64,000 bases of DNA from the human T2T-CHM13v2.0 reference genome, Homo sapiens, in assembly GCF_009914755.1 (NCBI RefSeq), contig NC_060929.1; one strand, written 5' to 3'. The notes below the pieces were generated by a model that was not told the origin of the DNA, did no database searches, and was given only the letters and a program-made list of their open reading frames with translations. Positions 41,671 through 55,975 of the stretch are shown here, piece after piece. The position numbers and the translations under genes were made by a program. Position 1 is the stretch's first letter. Each line of letters begins with the position of its first letter.

Positions 41671-44600
41671 GTCACTTGTTCCACCTCATGGTTCAAAAAC
41701 ACGATCCCCATAACTTTAATGTTTAAGGGTTATCGCTTTGCTTTCTTCTTTGGATTTGAGATGTCATTTGCAAGCAACCTTCTCTCTCACTCAAAATGTT
41801 TCCCTTATCTGGTCTAGTTGTGCCCTACTGAGCCCAGACATGAAGGAAATAAAAAAACAACCACCAACCACACACTCATATAACACACACAACACACACA
41901 AAACAATGTCTTGGATTGTGGAAGAATTTGCTATTGTCATTGTTTTTTAACGTATTTTCTTTATATTTCCTTGAGTTCCTTTTGGAGTCATTGAATTCCC
42001 TTTTTGAGTCTTTTTTCCAAGATTACAGGCTCAAGTCATGGGTTTTAAAAATAGCCATAATCTATTAACGACCTATTACATTCCAGCCACCATGCTAACT
42101 GCTTTAGACATATTAATTCATTAATTTTACAATAACTTTGCTATATAGGTATTTATTATCCCCATTTTACAGTTGAAAGAGCCATAGCTCAGAAAGATAA
42201 AGTGATTTGTTAATGCTACACAGATACTAAGCACTTTGAGACAAGATTTGAACCTAGGTCTACCTTAACCAGCATAAATATGGCTGAGGAATATCTGAAT
42301 TCATTCACATCCAGAAATCACATTGTAGTTGTTGAATCCTTTGGCAGGAGCTATACCTTGGTCAGCAGAACTGTGTACCTTGGAAAATCACTCTGAAGGA
42401 AGGACTTACATGTGAGTTTTGGGGATTGCAAAGTGTTGACATTTTCAGACCACCTATGTATATTGCTGCAGATGTTGGTACAATTCTGTATTGTCCGGTT
42501 TGCACTGATAATAAAACAGTCTGATAAAATCTTATGCCATTCTTCCAGAACATGAATACTGGAACCACTCATTCAAGGGGATCTGGAGAGTGACCCAGGA
42601 TAGAGTGAGTCACAGGGACCCAAGAGCTTCAACAATCTGGTATTCAGAAGCAGCTGGAATGAACGGAGAGAGAAGAACTATATAGCAACCAGGACATTTG
42701 GGAAATGTCCCTATGAATCAATCCACCTGCACTGGGGAAAAATGAGATACATAACAGAAAAGAATGAGTTCTTGGGGTGTGGGGATACACAAGTGTGTGC
42801 ATGTTTGTGTGTATGTGTGTGTGTTTGATGGGGTGGGGGCTGCTTCTTTTCTAGGAGTCATTTCCAAGCAACCTCTCCTCTCACTCAAAATATAGCTCCC
42901 TTAAGCCAGTTTTCCCTGCTTTCTCTCATGGGTGAACCATCCTGGGGAAACTGAGATAGCCCCAAAGTAGGTTTCATGATGGTATGCTCTGGGTGCGCTA
43001 GGCTACTCTGTTTTGTTCTTTCTCTGATTTATTCCTGTCTCTGCTTGCACTTGCAGTTCCTTTCTCCTACTAGGACATTGGTCATTTAAAATATATTCAT
43101 AGTAAGATGACAAACTGTTCCTCTTTAGAAGTACAGATATATGCCTCTCTGAGCCTTAGTTTCCTTAGTTTGCTGTAAATGTTCACACCTCCCATCATAA
43201 GCAAGCTGGCCTTTGTCAACAAACACACATACCCACACAATGTTGTGCTGCCAAGTGGTTCACAGGAGAGGATTTGAGGGGAAGACCAGGTTAACCTAAA
43301 GACAACCATGCTGATGAAGCCAAGTCAGGAGCAAAAGGAGATCAGAGCAGCTTGGTGGCGAACAGCATGGGCCCTTGGACCAGATCAATTGAATGCAAAT
43401 TCTGCCCCTGCTACTCACAAGCTATTGGACCTCAAACAAGTTACTGAACTTCTCCAAGACCTTGTTTCCTCACCTATAAAATGGGCATGTTAATAATACC
43501 ACCCTTGAGGTTGTTGTGAACACAGAAAATGAAATCATGCATTCAAAGAATTTAATCCAATGCTTTATACACCATAAATGCTCAGTAAACATTAGCTGTG
43601 TTATTTATTATAGAGTATACAGGATACAAAATATAATAGCAATTATATATTAAATATTTGCAATAAGCAAGGCCCTGAGTTAAGTATTCTAAGTACATTA
43701 TCTCTTTTAATTTTCACAGCAATTCTATAAGGCAAGTTCTGGGATAACCCATTTGACAGGTGAGAAAACTGAGACCCAGAGAGGTTAAGTCATGTCTCCA
43801 AGGTCCCAAAGCTATCTGACTCCAAGCCCTGAGGTCCCAGCCAAGTTCACAAACTTCATTTCCCAAAACCCAGAATTAGATCACTTGTTGAACATCTGTT
43901 GACACTTTCCAGGGGACTTTCAAAACCCCAATCCCTCAGAAGCCCCAAAACGTTTAATATGACCCTTTAAAACACCAGGAACATTCACAGCAAAAGACCA
44001 ATAACTACACATGGGGTAGAAATTAACATATGTAGAGGACTTTTTCTTCTCTATACAAAAGCTTTTACCCATATACCACATTGGATGTGAGAGTGAATAT
44101 ACTGCAAGAATGTACTTCCTGCAGCTGAAACCAGCAGGGCAAAGAAGGTGCTTTCACTAGGGTAATGTGTACCCCTTGCTGTGCTCTGAAGAAGAGGGTC
44201 AATTTCTTTGTGGGGAGTAGCAACACAAACCATCCAGCCAGCAATTAAATCTACAGTTCCCTCAACAACAAAGCTAACTTTAGCCATATGGGCTCATCCT
44301 GTATTTCCCAGGACCCAGGAGTCTTTGGAAGTTTCTTGAGTGGGCTTCCACCTTAGCTTTTGCTTTCTGTCAGATAATACAGTGGTTATATCTGAAGGGT
44401 TTCCCCCAGGAGCTCCAGTTCTTTTAGTGGTAGTAACATCAAGTAGTCTCCAGACATTGCAGCTGGGTGGTTGAAATGCTTGCTCTGGGAGGGGTGGCCA
44501 GTCAGCTGGGGTCACAAAAGCCTTGTAATTAGAATCAGTGTGACTAATTTCCAGGTAGAATGAGAGGCTCTTGCAAACTGCTTTTGTAGAAATTATACTC

Positions 44601-47394
44601 ACTGGTGTCCAACCTGCCCTGAATCACTCTATACTCACAACAGAAACAGCTGGTGTCAGAGAACTCTACAAATATGGCAGATCATCACATGGGACTTTAT
44701 CCATGGAGGTGAGCCTCCTCTTGCACTGGAAGCTGGTATGCTGATGATGTCATGGTGGCTCAACTTTCCTGGTGTCTAAGGGGAGTGTCAGAGAGCAACC
44801 CTAACATGTGTTGGGTGACCATGGGTAAGGCTTTCCCTTTTCTGGTTCACTTTTCATATAATAACAACAGAGCTGAGCTAGAGGGTCTCCAAAGCCCACC
44901 AGCTGCCACTTTGTATGACATAAAATTATCAGAACATGAATTCAATCACTAGGTAATAAGAGGTAACAATTGAACATTTAGCTGTTTCATCCAACAGCCC
45001 TATGAAGTTGATATCATTAATACTTCCATATTACAGATGCAGAAATGGAGGCCCAGAATGGTTAAGTGCCTTGCCCAAGGTCATGCACACAGTGGGGATT
45101 TTTACCCAGGTAGCATAATCCCAAGGTTTATGCTCTTAACCATTCATAATATTAATGAAAACACTAAGAAACCAACAATGCATACAAAGGGTTCCAGATC
45201 CTGCTTTTCTGGATGTCTCCATTTTTATCCATAAGCAGTATGTATGTCAGTTCTCAGGCATCACCTGGAGGATACATATATAACACCTACCTAAGCCCTA
45301 GCATGTCAACCCTGGACAGGTCCTGACAGATTACCGAGACTGAGGTTTTTAACTCATCATCCTTGGGCGTGCATTAAAGGGTCCATGAGGCCTTTGAAAG
45401 TATGTGTATGGGTGTGTATACATAATTCCAAGAAGAGATTTCATTGGTTTTTTTTTTTTTTTTTTTTTTTCAGATTTTCGAAGGGGTCTATGAACTTTTA
45501 GGGCAATCTTTTGACAGTTGGTAAAACTGAGACCTCAGGTGGGAGATGGACTTGTCCCAGTATACACAAGGAGTGACAGAACTAGGTTCAGACCCCAGAT
45601 CACCTGACCCCAATCCCACTGCTCTTTAACTACATCACACTGAGCTAACTCATCCCTGCAACATGCACCAAGAGTCTTCCAGGATTAAACTGCTGGGTAT
45701 AACATGCACAGCTCATAGGGTTTGGGTATGGCTTGGAAAATCATCATGCTTCACATATATCATTGACTTTAACTTTGGTCCTCTGTATCTCATCATTTCC
45801 TTGAAGTTTGTATCATTGATAGTTACCTCTGATCTGCCACTCTGCCCATCTTCTGTGAATGAAAACTTAGCCCACAGCGTTTCATTTAGATCTGGTCTGG
45901 GCTGCCTTTACCTGGCCTCACTCCTGGCTTCCATAGACGCTTAAGGTGATTAGGCATTTGTCCCTCACCGTTTCGATTGAAATAATCAGTTCAAAATAAA
46001 ACTGACAACAGCTAACCTACACAAAGAATGTGTTAATGAGCAAACATTCACAGGGGAATCAAATTATCCCAATAAAATTCAAATCAATCAAATTTAAACC
46101 AGGAAAATTTGACTTAGTAGAAATAAAACTACGATGGAAAATTCAGTGGCAGAAGCTAAAATTTGACCTAAATAAATTATTGTCAATAAATTATAAGCCA
46201 TCATTGTAAAATTCCAAATGCAAAAGAATTCATCTCCATAAAATGATTTTGATAAAATAGAAGATGGAAAAAGGTAGAAATTGTTTAACTGCTCTGTATT
46301 GAACATTTATCTTGGAGTAAAAATGATTGAGTAAGCATTAATTAAGAAAATACTTTCTTGATAAAAATTCAGCCATTATTGGTGTTTTTAATGTTGTAGT
46401 TATAAGCATGGAGTCAAAACACCCTCAGCAATATATCACGGAGGTCAAAACGTCTGCCAGACTAAACATAGGTTCAAAATGACAGTTCCAATAAAGGGAG
46501 GTCACAACTTCCTGTGACTGTGCTTGGTAAGTGATGGAGGCAATCATTTACAGATGATGCTCTGACAAGGGAGGCAGACTGAGACCATCACTGTCACATG
46601 CTCACTTGAATAGCCAAGCATCTAGCCCAGATTACATTCCTCTAAGCATGCCTTAACCCCACAGGTTCAACAAAGAAGTGTTCATTAACTTCTTCGCCCA
46701 AACAAGTACTCTTCTGAAATGTCTGTCAACACAATAACAATAATAGCCAACACTTATATAACATGGGCCAGGCACTTTACATATATTCACACATTTGATC
46801 CACACAACAATCCCATGAGATAAGTACTATTATCATCTCCATTTGCCAATGATAAACATGAAGCACCAAGAGCTTAACAACTTGCCTGAGGTCACACATT
46901 TCATAAGCAGTGGAGCTGTTCAGTCTACTACCATGCATCCCAGACAGGATGTTCAGGTGAACAAGATCTATCTAGCTTAAGTTCCATAAAATTTATCAAA
47001 ATTTCAGCTGAGGTTTTATGCAATACTTGCAATATAGATAAGGCTTGGACTGGTGTCCTGAAGCTGCCACTCTCTATCTACAGGACTTTGGGTAAGATTA
47101 ATCTCTTAACCTCTTTGAACTCATTTCTTCACATGTGTTATGTGAATAACTATACAATGCAATTACTTCTTGCAGGTAGGAGAAATTAAGAGAAGTCAAT
47201 GATATAATAAGAGTATAACCTTTAGTACAGTGTTTGAGGTAAAAGTGCTCAAATCTAAGCTGTGATGGTAAGAATAATAGGTAAGTTTATCAGAGGACTC
47301 TGACTTGCCCTGGAGCCCATAGGACTTATGAAGACAGGGACTGTCATTATCTTGCTCACTGGATTGTGAGTTTAGCACATGAGAGGTGTTGAAT

Positions 47395-47617
47395 ATTGGT
47401 TAGTTGGTTGTTTCATTGGTTGGGTATGTGGGTGGTTGGGTGGTTAGATGGTTGGTTGGTTGGTTGGTTGGTTGGTTGGTTGGTTGGTTGGTTGGTTGGT
47501 TGGTTAATTGGCTGGTTGGATAAATGAATGGATGGATGGAAGGATGGATGGATGGATGGATGGATGGATGGATGGATGGATGAATAGATGGATGAATAGA
47601 TGGATGAATAGATGGAT
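47395..47617. repeat. Compound (TTGG)n / (TGGA)n / (GATGAATAGATG)n tandem repeat
   Basis: Visible tetranucleotide arrays that switch unit. Confidence 0.95.
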
Positions 47618-48803
47618 AACCGTCTGCATCCTCTGTCCCAAAGGAGCTAAACTCAGACTTTTCTTCCTAGTCCTTTGCATATATGCATCCAATCTCCCCC
47701 AAACAGACTGACAGATACTCAAGGGCAAGGATGAGGTTTTTATCCACATCCCACAATACCATGAACTTATGATTTCCCAAGGAAAGAGACTTGGGATTAT
47801 GAAACAATACTCTGGACCACTCAGGCCTCAAAATACCTTAAAGGTACTGCCTATCCCCTGGATCTTTATTCCATAGAACATTCATCACTGAAGGGATTTC
47901 CTGTGGTATTTGGTGCAATAAGGCTTATATAAGCCAAGGTCCCTGCTCCCTAGATTTTCTATCATCCCTCCTCCTTAAGACAAAGGGAAACATTCAAATG
48001 TTCAAAAGAGAAATATTTATCTTGAAGATCCTAAGTTCTGAAAGAGAAAACGTGTATCAGAATTACATAATTATATAAAGCACTGATTTTCCAGGTCAGA
48101 CAAAAGTGATTTTGAATCTCTGCAAACATCTGAAATACTTTAAACCTTGATTCTATCACCTGAAAAGGGGAGATAAGGTCACCTTCTTTGGAGGATCATT
48201 TGGAGGATCAAATCCTATACTGTGGGTAAATTACTTAGCACAACCATCATTACAGCTTCAGTAAAAGACCATGATTATCCCTGGTCAAACTACTATCTGT
48301 TTGAAAATTAAGAAAAGACCTACCACAGCTATAGCAACTTATTCTAAACAAACAAAAATTATGCTTATTATTCTCAATAAACTTTTGCTGAATACCTGCT
48401 ATATATGTGAGCAGCCCTATCACCTGATTTCTCAATCACTCATGAGCAATAAGTAGTTATATTATAGTTTTAAAACTTTCTCCCTGAAGGTCAAAACCCA
48501 AGTCCAACATTTCATTCCTTTATTTTTTTATTCACCCATTCAACAAATCTTTATTGAGAGCCTGCCATGCATCAGACACTGGGCTGGGCTCCAGAAATAC
48601 AGAGCTGAGTGACCCAAATAAGATTCCTGTTTTCATGGAACTTCTAATCTAGGTGGTGCACATGGATTATTAAAATAAAAAAACTCACATAAAGTACACT
48701 TTTAAACTATGATAAGTGCTTTGAAGGAAAAGTACAGGGACAAATGAGCACAAGCAAAAGGGAGATGCTAAGGACATGAGGAAAAAGAAAAAAGAGACCA
48801 ACT

Positions 48804-49140
48804 GGCCGGGTGCCATGGCTCACACCTGTTACCCCAGCACTTTGGAAGGCTGAGGTGGGTGGATGATTTGAGCCCAGGAGTTTGAGACTAGCATGGGCAA
48901 CATGGTGGAAACCCATCTCTACAAAAACTACCAAAAAAAAAAAAAATTAGCTGGGAGTGGTTGTACATGCCTGTAGTCCCAGCTACTCGGGAGGCTGAAG
49001 TGGGAGGATCACCCAAGCACCTGAGTCTAGAAGGTCGAGGTAGCAGTGAACCATGGCCACCCCACTGCACTCCAGCCTGGGCAACAGAGTGAGACCCTGC
49101 CTAAATAAGAGAGAAAGAGAGAGAGAGAGAGAAACAGACA
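48804..49140 (+). mobile_element. AluJ-type SINE with a (GA)n tail
   Basis: ggccgggtgccatggctcacacctgt...ttgagcccaggagtttgagac...gagaccctgcc. Confidence 0.9.
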
Positions 49141-51196
49141 GATGGACTTTATACAACTTGGAAAGAAAGAAAAGAATGCCACAGGACTTGGAAGAGGATC
49201 AGAATATCAGTTTATATAAGCTCTTAGGACTGTAAAACAACCGGAAATGAAAATCCTCCAAGTAATCTTTCTGTTTGCTATCCTTTCCCTCCACCCACTA
49301 CAGCCCCAAAGCTACATGTTCTAGAACAGACAAAAGTTAGTTTTGTTTTGTTTTATGAATAAGTAGCTTTTTGGTCACCAGGATTACCACGCAGCTGTTA
49401 TTTCAGCCTAGCCCGTGGCAGCTCCCCTGAGGAGGAAAGCAGATGTAGCCATTGTCACTGCTTGCTGTCTGGTACAATGTTCAAAGAATTCAGGGGCATT
49501 CCTATGAATGTCTCTATGAAGTAGATGTCAGATATATCCCCAGATGAACAAACATCAGAAGTTCTCTATGTGCAAGAAAGTTCAATAACCAAAAAAGTCA
49601 CCTTCACACATATTTGGCCCGTGCAAGGAAGATCAAGTAGCTGAGAGTCATACAGATCATGTTTAACTATGGTCCGCTAGATTTGGAAGGTTAAAATAAA
49701 AGACAGAAGCGAGGTATCTATTTTCAAAATCCTTTTCATAGATAACAGTAAAATGTGTGACCCTAAATAAAAATACAGTAAAATGGAAGGTTAGGGAAGT
49801 AGATAATTAAGCATTCCTGAATACTAAGTGAGTAAAAAAAGTGCTACTACCAACATTTATGCATAAGAAACAAAGCATCTGTACATGAACATGGGCTCTT
49901 CCCAGGCTATTTGTTTTGCAACACATATTTGGATGAGAAGGATGTTCCTAATAGCTTTTTCCATGATGTCAAAAGTAGGCTATTCTCTCATGTTCATGAT
50001 CTTCCTTCTGCTACCACCATTGGAGCTACGGGTACTATGATGGGTGAGACCCACGAAACTCCACCTGGCTGCTTCCCTTCCTCAGATGTCCATAGTCTTC
50101 TACGATTGGCTCTGGAGTCTCTTGCAAGTTTCCCTCATTCACCTCACTCCCAACCTGGAATCTTCTTCAAAACATAACTTACTGATCTTATAATTTGTTT
50201 TGACCAATCACTACTATAGGTCAAAGCTTTCTGTTCCTCCTTCTATTTTCCATTTGGGAAATGCAGTCTCTCTTTTTTTCTAGGCTAAGTTACCTGACTG
50301 TGGTCAACAATAACACCAGTATTTCTTTTTCAAGACCTCCTGGAAAGTCAGTTCTCTCCAATCCTGTTCTAAAGTAACCAATTTTGATTGATTCAATTAC
50401 ACCAGAATGATTGTGTTGATTTCAGCCCAGTATTTCAGGCTGATGAAACAAGTTTTAATCTAATGCTTCTATTCATGATCATATTAGTGATAGCATTTCT
50501 CTCAGAGATGTGTCACCTGACAGAAACACAATATAATATAATGGTTTCATTTCCTAGCTCCAGCATCAGAGGACATGACTTCAAATTTCACCTCGATCAC
50601 CACTAACTGTGGACTTAGACAAGCCACATCAATTCTCTAAACCTCAGTGGAGATAAAAATAATAGTAACTACACCAAAATGTTGTGTGATTACATGAGAG
50701 TCATCACAAAGGTTTTGCATGAGACTTAATGCATAAAACACATTAACCTCAACTGTTATTTTTATTTTGAGATGTACACACTCTCTGGTCTCAAAAAGAA
50801 GTAAGATATCCATCAAATAATACATAGAAAAGAACAAAGGCTGGAGCCCTCCTGCACTTTTTTAGAGACCACCCTCCAGGTCAGCACTTTTCAAACTACA
50901 GGTTAATGAGTGAGAAATTCATTTGGTGAGTCATAAATTTGATATTTTTTAACTAGAATAGAATGTTTTTAAAAATGAATAGAACAAAACAGAATGTATG
51001 AGTGCATTTCTCTATGTTGTTGCATATGCACAAACATATGCACACGAGGATAAACCATAAAATGCATTTCTTACTGTGGGCCACAACAACAACAACATAA
51101 CAACAAAAAAGGATTTGACAGCCACTACCCTAGTCTGATTCAGAACTATTAATATTAAATACGTTCTTTACCAATGATACACTATTTAGGAAGACA

Positions 51197-51215
51197 TCAC
51201 TGCCCCCTACTGGAA
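51197..51215 (-). promoter_or_regulatory. Candidate CTCF site
   Basis: Minus strand reads TTCCAGTAGGGGGCAGTG, a match to the CCASYAGRKGGCRS core. Motif evidence only. Confidence 0.65.
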
Positions 51216-54200
51216 CTCTTGGATTTCTCACAGAAAAGGACAGCAATGGATTAGCCTGTCTTCTCATTAGCCATGTGACTTCAACCATCCTCTCACCTAC
51301 CCTGTCTGGAAGTTCATCTCAAAGAGCCTCATCCCTCAAGCTAGTGTGATGCCCTGGATAAGGAGTCAAAGGCAGCACTAGAAGTGGCAGCTGGGTTCTC
51401 ACCTTTGAAATCGTTTTGAAAGCACAGCATCCTTCCCTCTCACCTGCCTCGCAGTCTGTACTGGGAAGCCAAGCCAAGCAGCCCCACTGTGCAGTCCTGG
51501 CCACGCAAGTTATTCTTGATCCTGCACCATGGCAGCTGGGGAGAATCCCCACCCCCTAAGCAGTCACTTGTCTCTGCTTCTCTGGGGAGAAGACACCCCT
51601 TAGAGGAGGGTGAACGAAGTGCACATTCCCAGAGCCAGCACTTCCAGCAGCCTCCATCCTCAAGTCCCCTGAGTTCTGGAATAATCAGACAGAGTTGGGA
51701 GAGTGAGGGGGTACATATCAGGAAATATATGCTGTCCCACCGAAGAGGGAAGACCGCCAAGTGAGAGGCCCAGTAGCAAAGAGCACCCCTAACATACACA
51801 CCCTCCCGCTTAACGGTGTGGGACCCAGGAATAGATGTGCTTATTAAGAATCTACTCAGTTCTGCTTCATTGTGACAGCTACCACCAATTGACATTCATA
51901 CCAAGCCATCCATACATCTCGTCTCAATTAAAAGTCTGAGCAGAGGAATAATTGAAGCTTAAAGAGGTAAAGTAAGTTGCTCAGGTCACTCAGTGATGAA
52001 AAGGAGAAAGAGCTTCAGACCCAAGTGTCCCTGAATGCAGGACCAGGGTGCCTGGCCACACCTCCAGGTTTGGCTGCACTTCTCAATGTCAAGGCTTACA
52101 TGCCTCCAAAGATGGATTTCCTTTTTAGCCATTTCCTTGTCTATGACATAAGTAAGTCTGATATAATTCTGACAGCCCTGGGCTCAGGGAAGTTAATTAA
52201 TTTGCAGAAGGTCACACAGCTAGTAAGAAACAGATTCTAACCTAAGTATGCCCAACTCCAAAACACATTACATTGCCCCCACCTGAGCTGCCACCTGAGT
52301 GAGTGCAGAGCCCATTCCCTTGAATTTCTTCCTTCTTTGCCGCTTGTCCACACATCTCAATGGGAGCAATTAAAAGAGGAAAAGAGACCAAAACTGACAA
52401 GGTCATGAAAAACAAGGAAAGGCAGAAACCGTCATAGACCAGAGATGCATAGGGAAATATGGCAACTAAATCCAATGTGGGATCAGAAGAACATTAGTGG
52501 GGAAAACTGTTGATATCTGAATCAAGGCTGGAGTGTTGTGTTGCAATCGCCAAGTCCTAATGTGTTTTCTACCTTCTCCACTGCTGCCCTAATCTAGTCT
52601 CATGCTGCTTCTAGAATCATCTTTCCAAAGCACAAATCTGACCATGTTTCTTTCAACTGCTTATAATCCTTCTATACCTTCCCCTCAACCTCCAGGTAGA
52701 ATCCAAACCCTCTTTGCTTCCCTGAATCTGCTCCAGCCTCACTGCACTCAGAGTGACCTGTTCTCAGAAAACATCACCCCCTGTCCACCCTCTGGACCTT
52801 TGCTTGACACATGCACTGTCTGTCAATACCAACCTGCTGGTCTGCAGTTAGAATTAAGTAAGTGTCCCTTTCAGAACTCAGTTTGGATATCACGTCCTCC
52901 AGAAAGCCCTTCCTGATGCCCGTAACCCTGTCTGGGTAAAATCCCTTCCCCGCAGTGCCTGTAACATCCTGTAACTAACACCAATCACAATGCTTCTGAT
53001 ACTGAATCATATTACATAATATATCATTTGCCCCTTTCCTGTCACCCAGCTGAATCCCCACTTCCCTGAAATGTGTGCCCAAACCTGGCATTGAATGACA
53101 CTGACCCTCCTCAGAAGGAGCTCAGTCCTCTTCCCTGCTTACTCCATTTCTCTGAGTGTGCAAGGAAAAAGTGGTTGTTGCTAGTCTGTCATCTACACTC
53201 TCTGCCACTTATTAATCTCTCTGTTTTCAAACAATGCCAGATAAGGCCTAGGCTGGGTGCTTGCAATGAGCAACAGGACCTAGCTTGAAGTTAATGCATT
53301 ATTTTATTTTCATTGTATTTGCCATTATTTACATAATTCTGTTTATGGAAAACAATACAAGTTTTTCTTCTATATAGACTAGTCATCCCTTATAAAAATA
53401 AGTTAATATGAGTAAAAGAAGTAAATCAATTTAGAAAATGTTTTGTAAAGGCTCTTTGGTGCATATCGTGATAAATGCATGCATACATACACACACGTGT
53501 ACATATACACACACAACTGTGAAGGAAGCCCTGAACAGCAGAAATCCTGTCATTTGTGCAACTAAGTCCTTGAGTCATGAGACCCCCGCCTCAAGTACCA
53601 CTGTCTTTGCCACTAACTACCAATGTGTCTGGGAGAAAGTTACCCTTCTGTCCCTCAGTTTACTCACCTGTAAAAAGAAGATAATATAATTGAGCTATAA
53701 AAATATATTATTTCATCTCTCCAATACTATTTCTCATCCTATTCATACAGTATAAAAATAGCACTGCTGAAAAACCCAGAGGTGAGGTTCTTTTATCAGA
53801 GGACAAATATCTGAGATGTGTAGAGGTTAAGTGACTTGCCCAAGGTCGCACTGCAATTTAATATCAAAATCAAGACCAAAATACAGGTTCCCTTTAGTGA
53901 TAGGCTTCCTGATCCCTCATCCTAACACCCTCCATTCCTGCATATTCCCTTCCCCAAATAAACTTCTGCCAAATGAGGTGCATTATATTTACAAAGAGGA
54001 AGAAAATGAACACACACACACACACATACATATATATACACATGCACAATATAAAGGCATCTTAAAATAATGGAAAAGCAAATAAGAAAAGGACAAAAGC
54101 AATATTGGATTTCAGAATGTTAATACTGTTGGACAGGGAACTAGTATACCTGAAAGCTGAGAAAACATGTTACAGGGTTTTCCACAATGTTGCAATGCCC

Positions 54201-55569
54201 TTCTTGTTCTTTATTTAGATTAGATGTAAGGAGCCAGCAGTCACACAGCCCATATAAGATTTGAGGGAACAATTAGAATAAAGAGGGTAACTAGATCATG
54301 TTTGGCTATGATACACTTATTTTTTTAAATGTTTAAGTAGAGACCAAATCCAATCACCACTTTACTCTCTGTGGATCATGAAAAAAAGACAGCATCAACA
54401 TGTTTCCAAAGGGAATAGTTGGCCCACATTTCAAAAATGAAAATTTTAAACACTTTTTAAAAGAGTTTTAGCAAGCGGTTTACATATAGAATGTAGTAAT
54501 TGCAATTATATAGCACAATGTTTTTCTTATTTTAAAAAAATAGTCTTACCCTTGTCTTTGGAAACATGCTAAACATTTTTATAACTGACCTGGTTATGGG
54601 TAAATTCATCAGATTTATAGGTAAATCAAAGTGCACAGAATTGGGAAATTTTAGCTAAAATTTCCAAGGAGATGTAACATGGATAGAAACAACGCTCTTC
54701 ACGTATGTGTGTGTATGTGTATGCATATGCAAATGCATGTGCATATTTGCAGCAATTGAGAAAGATCTGTCCAAACAGAAGTTCAAGTCAGAAGACACAG
54801 AAGTTTCAACTGATTATAAAGCTCAATGGAAGCCAAGGACAGATGTGGCTGCTGGGGAGAGGAAGAATCAAATTAAGTATAGTAACATCCCTCTGTACTC
54901 TTCACCCACCGGCCAATATCAAAAGCCTCATGCAGTTGTGGGAACTGCTCTTTCAGAGAAACAGAAACAAATCTGGCCAGAGGAGAGTGAGTGGTCAGTG
55001 GGAAAAGGGAGGGGATCTGTAACCTGAGTCAGATGGGGAATGGCCAGTGGCATGGTTTCCAGGGCTGTGTGAGCCTTCTTCAAATACACGATATGTAACT
55101 GTTCTGGAATGTGTGTGCCCCTGACTGTCTCCCAGGAATGTTGTTGAAAGGACTATGCACGGGAGATTAGACTGAATAGCCTCAACCGCAACGTCCCTCC
55201 CAGCTTGGGGCTTTTACAGCTTGTGGTGGGGGCAAAACCACATCTATTCTCCATGGTAGTAGATTAGATAACTTTACTAATTAGACAACTGGAAGCTTCT
55301 CCTTCCTGGAGAATACTCTCTAGAGTAGACAGCCTTTTGACAACCAACCACATCTCTAAGAGAAAATGTGTGCCAATTAGTAGACAACCTTGATGACTAG
55401 AAGATGCAATGGCGGCTCAACTCACCACTCCCATCTCACCCTTTCATACAACCAATCATCTGGTCAGCCCAAGAAGCTAGAAATTAAGGGCAGATGGTCT
55501 GATAATAAAAGCTAAGCTGATGGGCATCAGATGCAGGGAATTATGGCTGGTATCCTTGTGGTTCACAGA

Positions 55570-55930
55570 AAAGGAGCAAGGGTGAACCACCTGCATCAGG
55601 CTTGCTTGAGTTGCTTTCTAAAAATGCATGTTCCTGGGATACATCCCAGATCTACTGAATCAGAATTATTAGAGATAGAAACCAAGAAGTTCATGTTCCA
55701 CAACCTCACCAGGTAATAGTTATGCACACTATCTGAGGGCTCTTGCCCTGCAGTGGTGCTTCCCATACTTTAGGGTGCATTAAAATCACCAGGAAAGCTT
55801 GGACGAGTCAGCGTTCTGGGATCCAGAGATTCTGATTCAGAGATCATAGGTGGGGCCACAGATTTTCATTTCAAACAATCTCACAGGTGATGCTGATGCT
55901 GCTGGTTAGTGGACCATATTTTCAGTTTGC
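55570..55930. mobile_element. Tandem MER5-type DNA transposon fragments
   Basis: cccagatctactgaatcagaa; tgcattaaaatcacc...gattctgattcag...caggtgatgctgatgctgctggt. Confidence 0.7.
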
Positions 55931-55975
55931 TGAAATTAGAGAATTCCCAATTTCATTATCAAAGAACTCAGATAC

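Noticed and set aside
47395-47617. Regular repeats as a CRISPR-like array
   Set aside because: Simple tetranucleotide arrays without unique spacers, in a eukaryotic context.
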